Made by a program: the position numbers and the translations under genes. Below, piece by piece: positions 17,117-25,332 of a stretch of 53,107 nucleotides of DNA (positions within the stretch are counted from its first letter, which is position 1; each line of letters opens with the position of its first letter). Source of the stretch: a virus (lineage: Duplodnaviria; Caudoviricetes); the IMG/VR virus record IMGVR_UViG_3300024246_000006, positions 1-53,107 of that record, one strand, 5' to 3'. The notes beneath the pieces were generated by a model that was not told the DNA's origin, did not search any database, and was given only the letters and a program-made list of their open reading frames with translations.

Positions 17117-17554
17117 ATGGCCAAGAAATCGACCAAACGTCCAGCAGCAAAACGCGGAGCGCCTGTCTCGCGCGCGCGTAAACCCGCCGCGCCGGCGAAG
17201 GTGCCCAAGATCGGCGCCAAGTACCAGGGCGGCATCTACGCCGGCCTGACGCTCCATGACAACAAGCCGATGGCGCTCATCCTGCTGCCTGGCGAGCGCG
17301 AGAACATCACCTGGGATGATGCCGTAAAGTGGGCCGCAAAATACAAAGGCAAACTGCCATCGCGCGTCGATCAGCTCGTGCTCCGCGAGAATGTCAAAGC
17401 ACAATTCAAGGACGCGACCTATTGGTCGGGAGCTCAGTACGCCGGCAACGACGCCTATGCCTGGGCGCAGCATTTCAACTACGGCACCCAGAACACCTAC
17501 CACAAGGACGACGAGTTCAGGGCCCGAGCCGTCCGCAGATTGCCCATTGAGTAA
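17117..17554 (+). CDS. DGR target 3 (DUF1566/CLec-like, basic N-terminal tail)
   Basis: GGGAG RBS; paralogous to target 2; C-terminal VR3. Confidence 0.9.
   Translation: MAKKSTKRPAAKRGAPVSRARKPAAPAKVPKIGAKYQGGIYAGLTLHDNKPMALILLPGERENITWDDAVKWAAKYKGKLPSRVDQLVLRENVKAQFKDATYWSGAQYAGNDAYAWAQHFNYGTQNTYHKDDEFRARAVRRLPIE
17435..17540 (+). repeat. DGR variable repeat VR3
   Basis: 106-nt ungapped match to TR; 7 mismatches, all at TR adenines. Confidence 0.95.
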
Positions 17555-17581
17555 TTCGCTCATTCGATAATTTCCATCAGC

Positions 17582-17959
17582 ATGGCTCTTCACACTGATT
17601 TGCCCATCTACAAAGTCGGCTACGACCTGCTCGGCGTAGCCGTCGACTCGATCAAGGACATGCCGCGCGACGTCAAGCAGGCGCTCGGCTCCAAGATCCG
17701 CGACGAGTGCATCGACTCGATGCTGCTGATCCGCAAAGCCAATATCGCCGCCGACAAGGAGCCGCACCTTTTGTCCTTGCTCGAGCGGCTGGAGGTTGTG
17801 GAGCTGCTGGTCCGCGTCTCGCGCGACAAACGCTTCATTACCACCAAGCGCTACGCGGCCGTTATCGAGCTGACGCAACGGATCGGAAAACAGGCGAACG
17901 GCTGGCGCAATCAACAACGCCTGCTGCACCCTCGTCAAGGCGAGGATGCCCGTGCGTGA
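17582..17959 (+). CDS. avd: DGR accessory variability determinant (four-helix bundle)
   Basis: LPIYK...MPRDVKQALG...IGKQANGW; lies between the targets and TR/RT. Confidence 0.85.
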   Translation: MALHTDLPIYKVGYDLLGVAVDSIKDMPRDVKQALGSKIRDECIDSMLLIRKANIAADKEPHLLSLLERLEVVELLVRVSRDKRFITTKRYAAVIELTQRIGKQANGWRNQQRLLHPRQGEDARA

Positions 17960-19355
17960 TCATCAATCTGGTCGTGCCGCTGGCCCGCTGTTCGGGGCCA
18001 CCGCCATGCGCGCAACGGATACCTCCGGCCAGCTCGATCTCTTTGGCGGCCGGGACGCGTCCGGCGCAGTTTCCCCGCCGATCGAGGCCGGTCCGGATCT
18101 TCGGCGGGGCGATGTAGATAGCACGATAGGACGCAGTACGCCGGCAACGACGACTATGCCTGGGCGCAGAATTTCAACAACGGCAACCAGAACAACTACC
18201 ACAAGGACAACAAGTTCAGGGCCCGAGCCGTCCGCAGATGGATCTGCCAGTCACCACCATGCTGATTTTTCTTTCGCGGAGTTAGTCGCCGCCTACTTCG
18301 ATTGCCGGCGCACCAAGAGAAACTCCGCCAACGCGCTCGCCTTCGAGCAGGATCTCGAGCGCAATCTCACCGAGCTCTTCGAGGAGCTGGCCGCGCGATC
18401 GTACAAGCCCGGCCGCGCAATCTGCTTCGTCATCACCAGGCCCAAGCCGCGCGAAGTGTGGGCCGCGCAATCCCGCGATCGTGTCGTGCATCATCTGCTC
18501 TACAACCGGATCGCGGCACGCTTCGAGAACGCGTTCATCGCCGATAGCTGCGCCTGTATTCCGGGCCGGGGCACGCTCTATGCAGCGCGCCGGCTCGAGG
18601 CGAAGATCAGGAGCCATACCGAAAACTGGTCGCGCCACGCCTTCTATCTGAAATGCGATCTCGCCAATTTCTTCGTCAGCATCGACAAGCGCATCCTGAG
18701 CGTCCAGCTCGCCGCGCGCGTCACGGAGCCCTTCTGGTCATGGTTGACCGACGTCGTGCTGTTCCACGATCCGCGCGTCGACGTCCGGATGCACGCAACG
18801 CCGGCACTGCTCGCCCTGGTCCCGGCGCATAAGCGGCTTGCCAATCAGCCCGCGCACCTGGGCCTGCCGATCGGCAACCTGTCATCGCAATTCTTCGCCA
18901 ACGTCTATCTCGATGCGCTGGATCAGCATGTCAAGCACCGGCTGCGCGCACGGCACTACGTGCGCTATGTCGATGATTTCATCCTGCTCCACGATTCACC
19001 GCAATGGCTGAACGGGGCGCTCAGTGACATCAGGGAATTTCTGCCGCGCGAGCTCGGCGTTCGATTGAATGAAAGCAAGACGGTCCTGCAGCCGATCGAT
19101 CGCGGCGTCGATTTTGTCGGCCATGTGATCAAGCCGTGGCGCCGGTCGATCCGGCTGCGCACCGTGCGATCGGCGTTCAATCGCCTCGCCGGCATGGCGC
19201 AGGAGCACGTCTACGAGTCCGCGAATAGCTACTTCGGCATGCTGCGCCAGGCGCCGGCGAGCCACCACGAACGGGCGCAGTTCGCGAATCTGCTTCGCCG
19301 GCGTGGACAGGTCGTCGATCGCGCGTTCACCAAGACGTTTCGGAGAATCGCATGA
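17946..19355 (+). CDS. DGR reverse transcriptase (start uncertain)
   Basis: PKPREVWAA, RDRVVHH, LKCDLANFF, GLPIGNLSSQFFANVYL, YVRYVDD and GVDFVG motifs. Confidence 0.95.
   Translation: MPVRDHQSGRAAGPLFGATAMRATDTSGQLDLFGGRDASGAVSPPIEAGPDLRRGDVDSTIGRSTPATTTMPGRRISTTATRTTTTRTTSSGPEPSADGSASHHHADFSFAELVAAYFDCRRTKRNSANALAFEQDLERNLTELFEELAARSYKPGRAICFVITRPKPREVWAAQSRDRVVHHLLYNRIAARFENAFIADSCACIPGRGTLYAARRLEAKIRSHTENWSRHAFYLKCDLANFFVSIDKRILSVQLAARVTEPFWSWLTDVVLFHDPRVDVRMHATPALLALVPAHKRLANQPAHLGLPIGNLSSQFFANVYLDALDQHVKHRLRARHYVRYVDDFILLHDSPQWLNGALSDIREFLPRELGVRLNESKTVLQPIDRGVDFVGHVIKPWRRSIRLRTVRSAFNRLAGMAQEHVYESANSYFGMLRQAPASHHERAQFANLLRRRGQVVDRAFTKTFRRIA
18131..18239 (+). ncRNA. DGR template repeat (TR)
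   Basis: Adenine-rich master copy (7 AAC plus 1 AAT codon in the target frame) between avd and the RT core. Confidence 0.95.
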
Positions 19356-19816
19356 TCCTTGCGGACGTGATGCGTATCTACGACGGCTCAAGCGGCGACG
19401 ACACCAAGGCGCTGTACGCGCGCCTCGAGCAGCTCGGCCCAAACGGGCAGATCGCGCTCAATCTGTTCCGCGCGCAGAAGAACTCCGCGCGCGCCAAGGT
19501 ATATCGCGGAGGCGGCTACCGCGGGAAAGCCTATGACCGCAAGCAATGGGCGATCGACAATCTGGCCGCAATTCTCACCCAGCATGCCGAAGCGTGCGCG
19601 ATCCGTTGGGGCTGGGGAATCGACGACGCTCAGGAATATCACCGAGTCGTTCTTTACATTGATCTGCCGATCGGTCAGGTCAGTTTTCACACAGCGATGC
19701 GCGGCGCCGGACCGGACTACCCGGGTGAATGGGATGGCATCCCCAACGCGTCGATCGGCCGCATCTGCAGTTGGTGCGCACGCCTGCTGTCAGCACAAGC
19801 GGAGGTCCAACCATGA
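19352..19816 (+). CDS. hypothetical phage protein
   Basis: ATGA overlap with the RT. Confidence 0.7.
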   Translation: MILADVMRIYDGSSGDDTKALYARLEQLGPNGQIALNLFRAQKNSARAKVYRGGGYRGKAYDRKQWAIDNLAAILTQHAEACAIRWGWGIDDAQEYHRVVLYIDLPIGQVSFHTAMRGAGPDYPGEWDGIPNASIGRICSWCARLLSAQAEVQP

Positions 19817-19998
19817 AATCCCTCGGCCAGAAAATCACCCAGCTCCAAGGCCTCGTCGGCACCAAAGACGTGACCGAGTGGCAGAGCAACTTCATTGCCA
19901 GCATCGGCCGGCAAAGCGATGGCGGCGCCGATACACAGCGGCTCACCGAGCGCCAGGTCAAGATCATCGAAGAAATCTGGGCAATACACTTCGCGTGA
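19813..19998 (+). CDS. hypothetical phage protein
   Basis: GGAGG RBS, ATGA overlap. Confidence 0.6.
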   Translation: MKSLGQKITQLQGLVGTKDVTEWQSNFIASIGRQSDGGADTQRLTERQVKIIEEIWAIHFA

Positions 19999-20119
19999 AC
20001 TCGCCCTCCCTTCTCCTGCGCATGATCGCGAGACGGATCGCAGCCGATCTCACTGCCGAATTCGCGGGGCATGACATCGAGGTACAATCCCCCGCGGCCG
20101 ACCACCGAAGAGGCGCCCA

Positions 20120-21742
20120 TTGCGCGCAGCAAGCTACGCCCGTTATTCCACTGACAAGCAGCGCGAAACCTCCGTCGAAGACCAGCACCGCCTGAACCGG
20201 CAGTACGCTGCGCGGGAAGGCTGGCAGCTCGTCGCCGAATATTCGGATCGGGAGATCAAGGGCTCCACGCCTGTTGCACTTCGCGCCGGCGGCAAGATGC
20301 TGCTTGCCGACGTCCTGGCCGGGCGCATCGACGTGCTGCTGATCGAGTGCCTCGATCGGCTCTCGCGCGATTCCGTCGAGCAGGAGCAGGTAGTGCGCCG
20401 CTGCGAGCGCAGGGGCTTGCGCATCATCGGCATCGCGGACCACTACGATTCCACCGCCGCCGGCCGGAAGATGACCCGCAAGTTCCGCGGCATCATCAAC
20501 GAGATCTACCTGGACGATCTGCGCGCCAAAGTGCATCGTGGACTGTCCGGCCAGATCGAGCGCGGCTTCTACGCGGGAGGGCTCGCCTACGGCTATCGAT
20601 CCATGCCGGTCGACGTCGACGCGCAGGGCAACGCGCGCGGCCACCGGCTGGAAATCGTGGAGAGTGAAGCCGCGATCGTGCGCGAGATCTTCGCGCGTTT
20701 CGCCAGCGGCGAGAGCTGCCAGCGTATCGCCGCGGCATTGAACGCTCGAGGAGCGAGCGGACCGCGCGGCGGGACCTGGTCGGTCTCCGCGATTTATGGC
20801 ACTCCGCGCAAGGGCACCGGCATTCTCAACAATGAACTCTATACCGGGCGCTATGTATGGAATCGCTCGCAGTGGGTGACCGACCCTGACACCGGGCGCC
20901 GGCAGCGGCTCGAGCGGCCGAGAGCGGAGTGGATGATTGATGAGCGCGCCGAGCTCGCGATCGTCGAGCCGGCGTTATGGGAAAGGGCGAAAGCCGCCCA
21001 GGTGGCCAGGAGCGTTCCGGAGGGCAAACGCAGCAAGGGACGCGCACCCAGCACGTTGCTGGGCGGCCTGATGCGCTGCGGGCTATGCGGCGGGGCGCTG
21101 ATAGCGGTCAATGCCAGGGCATACGGCTGCGGAGCGCGCAAGGATCGCGGGCCGCATGTGTGCGCCGGGTTGCTGGTGCGCCGGGACCTGCTCGAGGATC
21201 GGGTGATCGAAGCGGTGACGGGCCTGCTCTTAGAGCCGCGCTGGCTCGCCGAGCTGCAGGCGATGATAGCGGAGGAGCTTGCCGAATCGAAGCGGGAGGC
21301 CAAGATCGGCGAGGGAGATCGCCGGCGCCGGCGCGGTGAGATCGAGCAGGAAATCGCCAACCTGGTCGACGCCCTGGCCAAGGTCGGCTACTCCGAGGCG
21401 GTCCACCAGCGCCTGGTCACCCTGGAAGCCGAATTGGAGCGCCTACAGCGTGCCGGCTCTGGCAAGGCGCGCATAGTGGTCACCGACCTCGCCGCGCGCT
21501 ACAAGCGGGAAATTGACGCCTTGGCGGTCCTATTACGCTCGGACGTACAAAACGCGCGCCCGGCGCTGCAGGAAGTGCTCGGAGAGGCCAGGTTGACGCC
21601 CGCAACCCCTGACAAAGGGTTCTGGGCCGAGATCGCCCTGCGAGCCGACCGGCTGCTCATTGCCGCAGCCGGCGACGCGTATCTAGGCGGTGGTAGCGGG
21701 GGTCCGCTTTCGACTCCAGCTATCAGGGTTCGAATTATCTGA
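20120..21742 (+). CDS. large serine recombinase (integrase)
   Basis: YARYSTDKQ catalytic Ser, DRLSR, recombinase domain (YGY, ILNNELYTG), Zn ribbon CGLCG...C...C and coiled coil. Confidence 0.92.
   Translation: MRAASYARYSTDKQRETSVEDQHRLNRQYAAREGWQLVAEYSDREIKGSTPVALRAGGKMLLADVLAGRIDVLLIECLDRLSRDSVEQEQVVRRCERRGLRIIGIADHYDSTAAGRKMTRKFRGIINEIYLDDLRAKVHRGLSGQIERGFYAGGLAYGYRSMPVDVDAQGNARGHRLEIVESEAAIVREIFARFASGESCQRIAAALNARGASGPRGGTWSVSAIYGTPRKGTGILNNELYTGRYVWNRSQWVTDPDTGRRQRLERPRAEWMIDERAELAIVEPALWERAKAAQVARSVPEGKRSKGRAPSTLLGGLMRCGLCGGALIAVNARAYGCGARKDRGPHVCAGLLVRRDLLEDRVIEAVTGLLLEPRWLAELQAMIAEELAESKREAKIGEGDRRRRRGEIEQEIANLVDALAKVGYSEAVHQRLVTLEAELERLQRAGSGKARIVVTDLAARYKREIDALAVLLRSDVQNARPALQEVLGEARLTPATPDKGFWAEIALRADRLLIAAAGDAYLGGGSGGPLSTPAIRVRII
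21691..21702. other. candidate attP core inside the integrase 3' end
   Basis: TGGTAGCGGGGG is the reverse complement of CCCCCGCTACCA, a tRNA-Met-like 3' end. Confidence 0.55.
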
Positions 21743-21849
21743 TTTACCGCAGAAGAATTCAATCGTTGGTTGACTTCCCCCGCCCGTCTGGCTCTCGCCT
21801 TCGGCTCGCCCGTCCCCTTCGGGGACCGGCCGCCAGTCGGGCGGGAGAA

Positions 21850-21876
21850 GGGCCGCGACCTAACGGTCGCGGCCCC
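21850..21876. terminator. hairpin between converging operons
   Basis: GGGCCGCGACC-TAAC-GGTCGCGGCCC perfect stem. Confidence 0.55.
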
Positions 21877-21880
21877 GCTT

Positions 21881-22015
21881 TCAAACCAACAACACCCCGA
21901 CAATAAACCCCAATACGAAACCGATCAGCAGCCCGGTGCCGAGCGGATGGCCCTTCGCCCAGGCGCTCACCTCTTCTTCAGCGTGCTGCAGTTCCTGCTT
22001 GGTCTGGTCGTCCAT
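21881..22015 (-). CDS. small tail-anchored membrane protein (44 aa)
   Basis: MDDQTKQE...HPLGTGLLIGFVLGFIVGVLLV; AGGAG RBS; below the ORF-track size cutoff. Confidence 0.55.
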   Translation of the reverse strand: MDDQTKQELQHAEEEVSAWAKGHPLGTGLLIGFVLGFIVGVLLV

Positions 22016-22304
22016 CTGAACTCTCCTGGCACTGTTTGACGATACGTTCAACGAATGCAATCAGCCCCTCGTGCTGCTGGCGACACTCGAAATACGCGCC
22101 GAGTGCGTCAGTGTGGTTGACGAGGAGCGTCCCCGCCTTGCCGTCCGGGATCGGAGGCGCCGGCGACTCCGGGCAATGCTGCATCAGGTTTGCTTGCGGC
22201 GGAGGCACCTGACACGACCCCTTTGTTGGCAGCGTTCCACTGCACGACGCCAGAATCAGGCAGGCACACAACAGCGTACTGAGTCTGCTTTTCGATGATT
22301 TCAC
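21978..22304 (-). CDS. o-spanin (Rz1-like lipoprotein)
   Basis: Lipobox LILASC, Pro-rich, C...C; overlaps the i-spanin in another frame. Confidence 0.7.
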   Translation of the reverse strand: MKSSKSRLSTLLCACLILASCSGTLPTKGSCQVPPPQANLMQHCPESPAPPIPDGKAGTLLVNHTDALGAYFECRQQHEGLIAFVERIVKQCQESSDGRPDQAGTAAR

Positions 22305-22560
22305 GCTGTACCTCGTTATTGATCGTCTTGTTCACTACACGAATCTTGCCAACCGCGGTCTGCGTGTCGCCGGCGATCTTCGCCGTGTCGGCCGAGACAC
22401 TCTTCAATCCCTGCACGTCGCTTTGCAGCGCCGCGATTGCCGTGTCTTTCCACTTGTCCTGGACCTTCACCTCGCCATAGCGCTCGGCCTTGTACGCGGT
22501 CGTGGCATTGCTCGCGATCAGCAACACCAGGAAGATCAGAAGCATCGTCGGGCTCGGCAT
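22108..22560 (-). CDS. i-spanin (Rz-like)
   Basis: N-terminal TM segment, coiled coil, VCLPDSGVVQWNAAN. Confidence 0.7.
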   Translation of the reverse strand: MPSPTMLLIFLVLLIASNATTAYKAERYGEVKVQDKWKDTAIAALQSDVQGLKSVSADTAKIAGDTQTAVGKIRVVNKTINNEVQREIIEKQTQYAVVCLPDSGVVQWNAANKGVVSGASAASKPDAALPGVAGASDPGRQGGDAPRQPH

Positions 22561-22562
22561 CG

Positions 22563-23045
22563 TTATGTCCCCACCCTGATGTCGGTGCCGTCCCAAACGA
22601 ATTCGCCGCACGCTCCGACCGGGCGATGCATCTGGCATCCGCAGCAGTAAGTCGCCCCGTAGAAGCCCGGATCGCGCGCGTAGGTTTCGGCGAGCGCTTG
22701 CCCCATAGTTGTGAGCGTCCCGCAGCCGCCAAGACGGTGATGCTTGCCGGCGCGCTCGATTTCCCCGATATCCTTCGCCTTGGTCCACGAGCTGCAGGCG
22801 CCATCGTGCCCCGGCAAGCCAACGCACAGCCATGGCTGCGTGGGATCATCGCCCATGCCCTGGCGCACCTTGCCGCAAACGCTTCGCCCGACGTGCACGT
22901 AGCTGTGCCGCACCGGGCGCACGAAGCCTTTTGCGCGCTCCGCATCGCTCAGCACCAGGTAGGTATCGTGCTGCGGCACGGGGGTTTCGTCCGGCGGTCC
23001 GCGTTTCACTCCCGGATGGCCGGGATCGTCTGTAACGCCAGTCAT
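22563..23045 (-). CDS. Cys-rich hypothetical phage protein
   Basis: GCG...YCCGC motifs; lies within the lysis region. Confidence 0.6.
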   Translation of the reverse strand: MTGVTDDPGHPGVKRGPPDETPVPQHDTYLVLSDAERAKGFVRPVRHSYVHVGRSVCGKVRQGMGDDPTQPWLCVGLPGHDGACSSWTKAKDIGEIERAGKHHRLGGCGTLTTMGQALAETYARDPGFYGATYCCGCQMHRPVGACGEFVWDGTDIRVGT

Positions 23046-23257
23046 GATTTCTTCCTGATTTCGAAATGGAACACGCCGGCCTCATCGATCCTGAAGGCGA
23101 AGAGGTCCTGCCCGGTGTCGTCGACCTCGGCTACTGGAATAGATACTTTGCCGCCGAGCCGCTTCAGGAAAACGATCAGCAACTGGTCCTTCAGATCGTC
23201 GAGCACCGCGGCATGCTCTGGTGAATTCGGGCGCGCGAGATCGATTCCCTTGCCCAT
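23042..23257 (-). CDS. hypothetical protein
   Basis: Start MGKGIDL overlaps the upstream stop. Confidence 0.55.
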   Translation of the reverse strand: MGKGIDLARPNSPEHAAVLDDLKDQLLIVFLKRLGGKVSIPVAEVDDTGQDLFAFRIDEAGVFHFEIRKKS

Positions 23258-23703
23258 CACGCCACCTTCTCCGCGCTCTTGATCTCGATCTCCAGCTCTT
23301 CGCCATTCAGCGCCGACTCGAACTCCGTCATCGCGGTGCGGCTCGCGATGAGGGCGCGCTGTGAAATGCCGGATCGGTTCACGAGCTGGCCGGTACCGGT
23401 GCCAAGCGCAATGCAACCGAGCAGGTCCGCGCTCCAGCCAAGCATCACGTCGCCGGCGAAATTCGCCGGATGAATCTCCACCGCCTGGCGATCGGGCACG
23501 TCCTGCAGGTGATAGACGTTGCGCTGGAAATGTTCTGACCATTCCAACCGGGCCGCGTACAGGCCCTCGGGGATGCACGAGATCTTGGTCCGGTTCTCGC
23601 GCCACGGAAGTTCCAGCGAATGCCAGTGCGCTCCGTTCTCGAGCACGAGCAGACCGAAGGTGCCCTGATCGCCGGAATCGACGCGCGTCAATGTCGCTTT
23701 CAT
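23257..23703 (-). CDS. DUF5675-like putative endolysin
   Basis: GTFG, LELPW, SCIPEGLY, IHPAN and GCI motifs; lies between holin-like genes and spanins. Confidence 0.75.
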   Translation of the reverse strand: MKATLTRVDSGDQGTFGLLVLENGAHWHSLELPWRENRTKISCIPEGLYAARLEWSEHFQRNVYHLQDVPDRQAVEIHPANFAGDVMLGWSADLLGCIALGTGTGQLVNRSGISQRALIASRTAMTEFESALNGEELEIEIKSAEKVA

Positions 23704-23978
23704 GGTTGCTTCGCCTCCGGTTTGCCGCTCTGCCCCATTTTCATCGTGATCGCCTTCTTGACGACGTCCGGTGCGATCAGCAAGAGCGACAGCACCACTG
23801 CCGCCTCGATATGCTCGATGACGACCGCAGGCATCACCCAGCACCAATGCGCGACCAACGCGTAGCCGACGTTGGCCCAGAACTTCGCATGCTGCACTTC
23901 GCCGTTTCGGTACATGAGCAGATCGTTGATCGCGCGACGCAGATGCTGGTGACGCTTCTCGTCGTGCGGTCCTGTCAC
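23700..23978 (-). CDS. putative holin
   Basis: Two hydrophobic segments; upstream of the putative lysin. Confidence 0.5.
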   Translation of the reverse strand: MTGPHDEKRHQHLRRAINDLLMYRNGEVQHAKFWANVGYALVAHWCWVMPAVVIEHIEAAVVLSLLLIAPDVVKKAITMKMGQSGKPEAKQP

Positions 23979-24307
23979 GGCGTGCGCTCCTGCTTCAGAA
24001 TGCGGTCGCGCAGACTCGGCGGCATCGCGAGCTTCATACGCGCGCGCTCCTCCGGCGAGAGAGAGAGGACATAGATCATCTCCTCGAGCGCGTGCTCAAA
24101 GTGCTCCTGGTTCGATGCCACGGTCGCCGCGCCCTTCACGATGACCTCGGCGCGCACCGCGGCCTTCTGATCGTGCATGTAGAGCGCGAGCATCACCACC
24201 GCGGCGAGCACCAGCATGAGCGTTGCGCATACCGTTTGCGTGCCGCCCGCCTTTAACCAAACGCCGAAGCTGCGCATCTCGAGCTGTTCAGGAGTTGGTT
24301 CGCCCAT
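23975..24307 (-). CDS. single-TM membrane protein (holin/antiholin-like)
   Basis: TM segment followed by a coiled coil. Confidence 0.45.
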   Translation of the reverse strand: MGEPTPEQLEMRSFGVWLKAGGTQTVCATLMLVLAAVVMLALYMHDQKAAVRAEVIVKGAATVASNQEHFEHALEEMIYVLSLSPEERARMKLAMPPSLRDRILKQERTP

Positions 24308-24399
24308 GCCCCGTGCCCCCCTTGTTTATTTAGGGAACTATATACTTGACTCCATCGTGATTTAGGCGCATGATAGCGCCATACATCAGGGAGTCGGTC

Positions 24400-25332
24400 A
24401 TGCAAGACAACGTCACCATCAGCACCTTCCAGCTTTTCCAGTTGTACCCGGACGCCGAAGCTGGCCGGAAATACCTCGAAGCCGTGCTGTGGCCGAAGGG
24501 CGCGCGTTGCCCGGTGTGCGGCCTGACCGAGCGAGTCACGCCACGCACAGGGAAGGGCAAAGAGGGTTTCTACAAGTGCAACCAGTGCGCCGAGGATTTC
24601 ACCGTGCGCACCGGAACGATTTTCGAACGCTCGCACGTTCCGCTGCACAAATGGATTTACGCGATGTACCTGATGGTGACTGCACGCAAGGGCGTCTCGT
24701 CGCTGCAACTGTCCAAGGAAATCGGCATTACGCAGAAGTCTGCGTGGTTCGTTCTTCAGCGGCTTCGCGAAGCGTGCGGCAACGATCCGAGCGTGCTTAT
24801 CGGTATCGTCGAAATCGACGAGACGTATATCGGCGGAAAGGAAAAGAACAAACACGCGAGCAAGAAACTGCATGCGGGTCGTGGCGCTGTCGGCAAGACT
24901 GCCGTACTCGGCATGCGTCAACGCGGTGGCCGCACAATCGCCGCTCCAGTTGCCAACACTGATGCCAGCACGTTGCGCGCCGAAATCACGAACAACATCA
25001 TTCCTGGATCGACGATCTACACGGACGACCACGGCGGCTATCGCAATATGAACGATGCCGGCTACACACACGAAGCCGTAAATCACAGCGGCGGCGAGTA
25101 TGTGCGCGGCAACGCGAGCACGAACGGCATCGAATCCGTGTGGGCCGTGCTCAAGCGCGGCATCAACGGCGTCTATCACCAAGTCAGCCCGAAGCACTTG
25201 AGCCGGTACGTTGACGAGTTCACCTTCCGCCTGAACGATGGCAACGTGAAGCGCCACACGCTCGACCGTCTGGATAGTTTCGTCAAGGCGACTCAAGGTC
25301 GCGGCATCACGTACAAACAGCTTATCCAGTGA
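24400..25332 (+). CDS. IS1595-family transposase
   Basis: CPVC...CNQC Zn ribbon, HTH, VEIDETYIGG, IYTDD and TNGIESVW. Confidence 0.95.
   Translation: MQDNVTISTFQLFQLYPDAEAGRKYLEAVLWPKGARCPVCGLTERVTPRTGKGKEGFYKCNQCAEDFTVRTGTIFERSHVPLHKWIYAMYLMVTARKGVSSLQLSKEIGITQKSAWFVLQRLREACGNDPSVLIGIVEIDETYIGGKEKNKHASKKLHAGRGAVGKTAVLGMRQRGGRTIAAPVANTDASTLRAEITNNIIPGSTIYTDDHGGYRNMNDAGYTHEAVNHSGGEYVRGNASTNGIESVWAVLKRGINGVYHQVSPKHLSRYVDEFTFRLNDGNVKRHTLDRLDSFVKATQGRGITYKQLIQ

Noticed and set aside
16426-18239. Four ~106-bp repeats as a CRISPR array or simple paralogy
   Set aside because: The repeats are too long, lie in coding sequence, and differ from one master copy almost only at adenines, which is the DGR signature.
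17946-19355. RT as group II intron, retron or Abi RT
   Set aside because: The LPIGNLSSQ motif, adjacent avd and TR/VR pairs identify a DGR RT; no maturase or endonuclease domain was recognised.
21680-21880. tRNA gene near the integrase end
   Set aside because: Only a 12-nt antisense match to a tRNA 3' end is present, with no cloverleaf; the nearby hairpins look like terminators.
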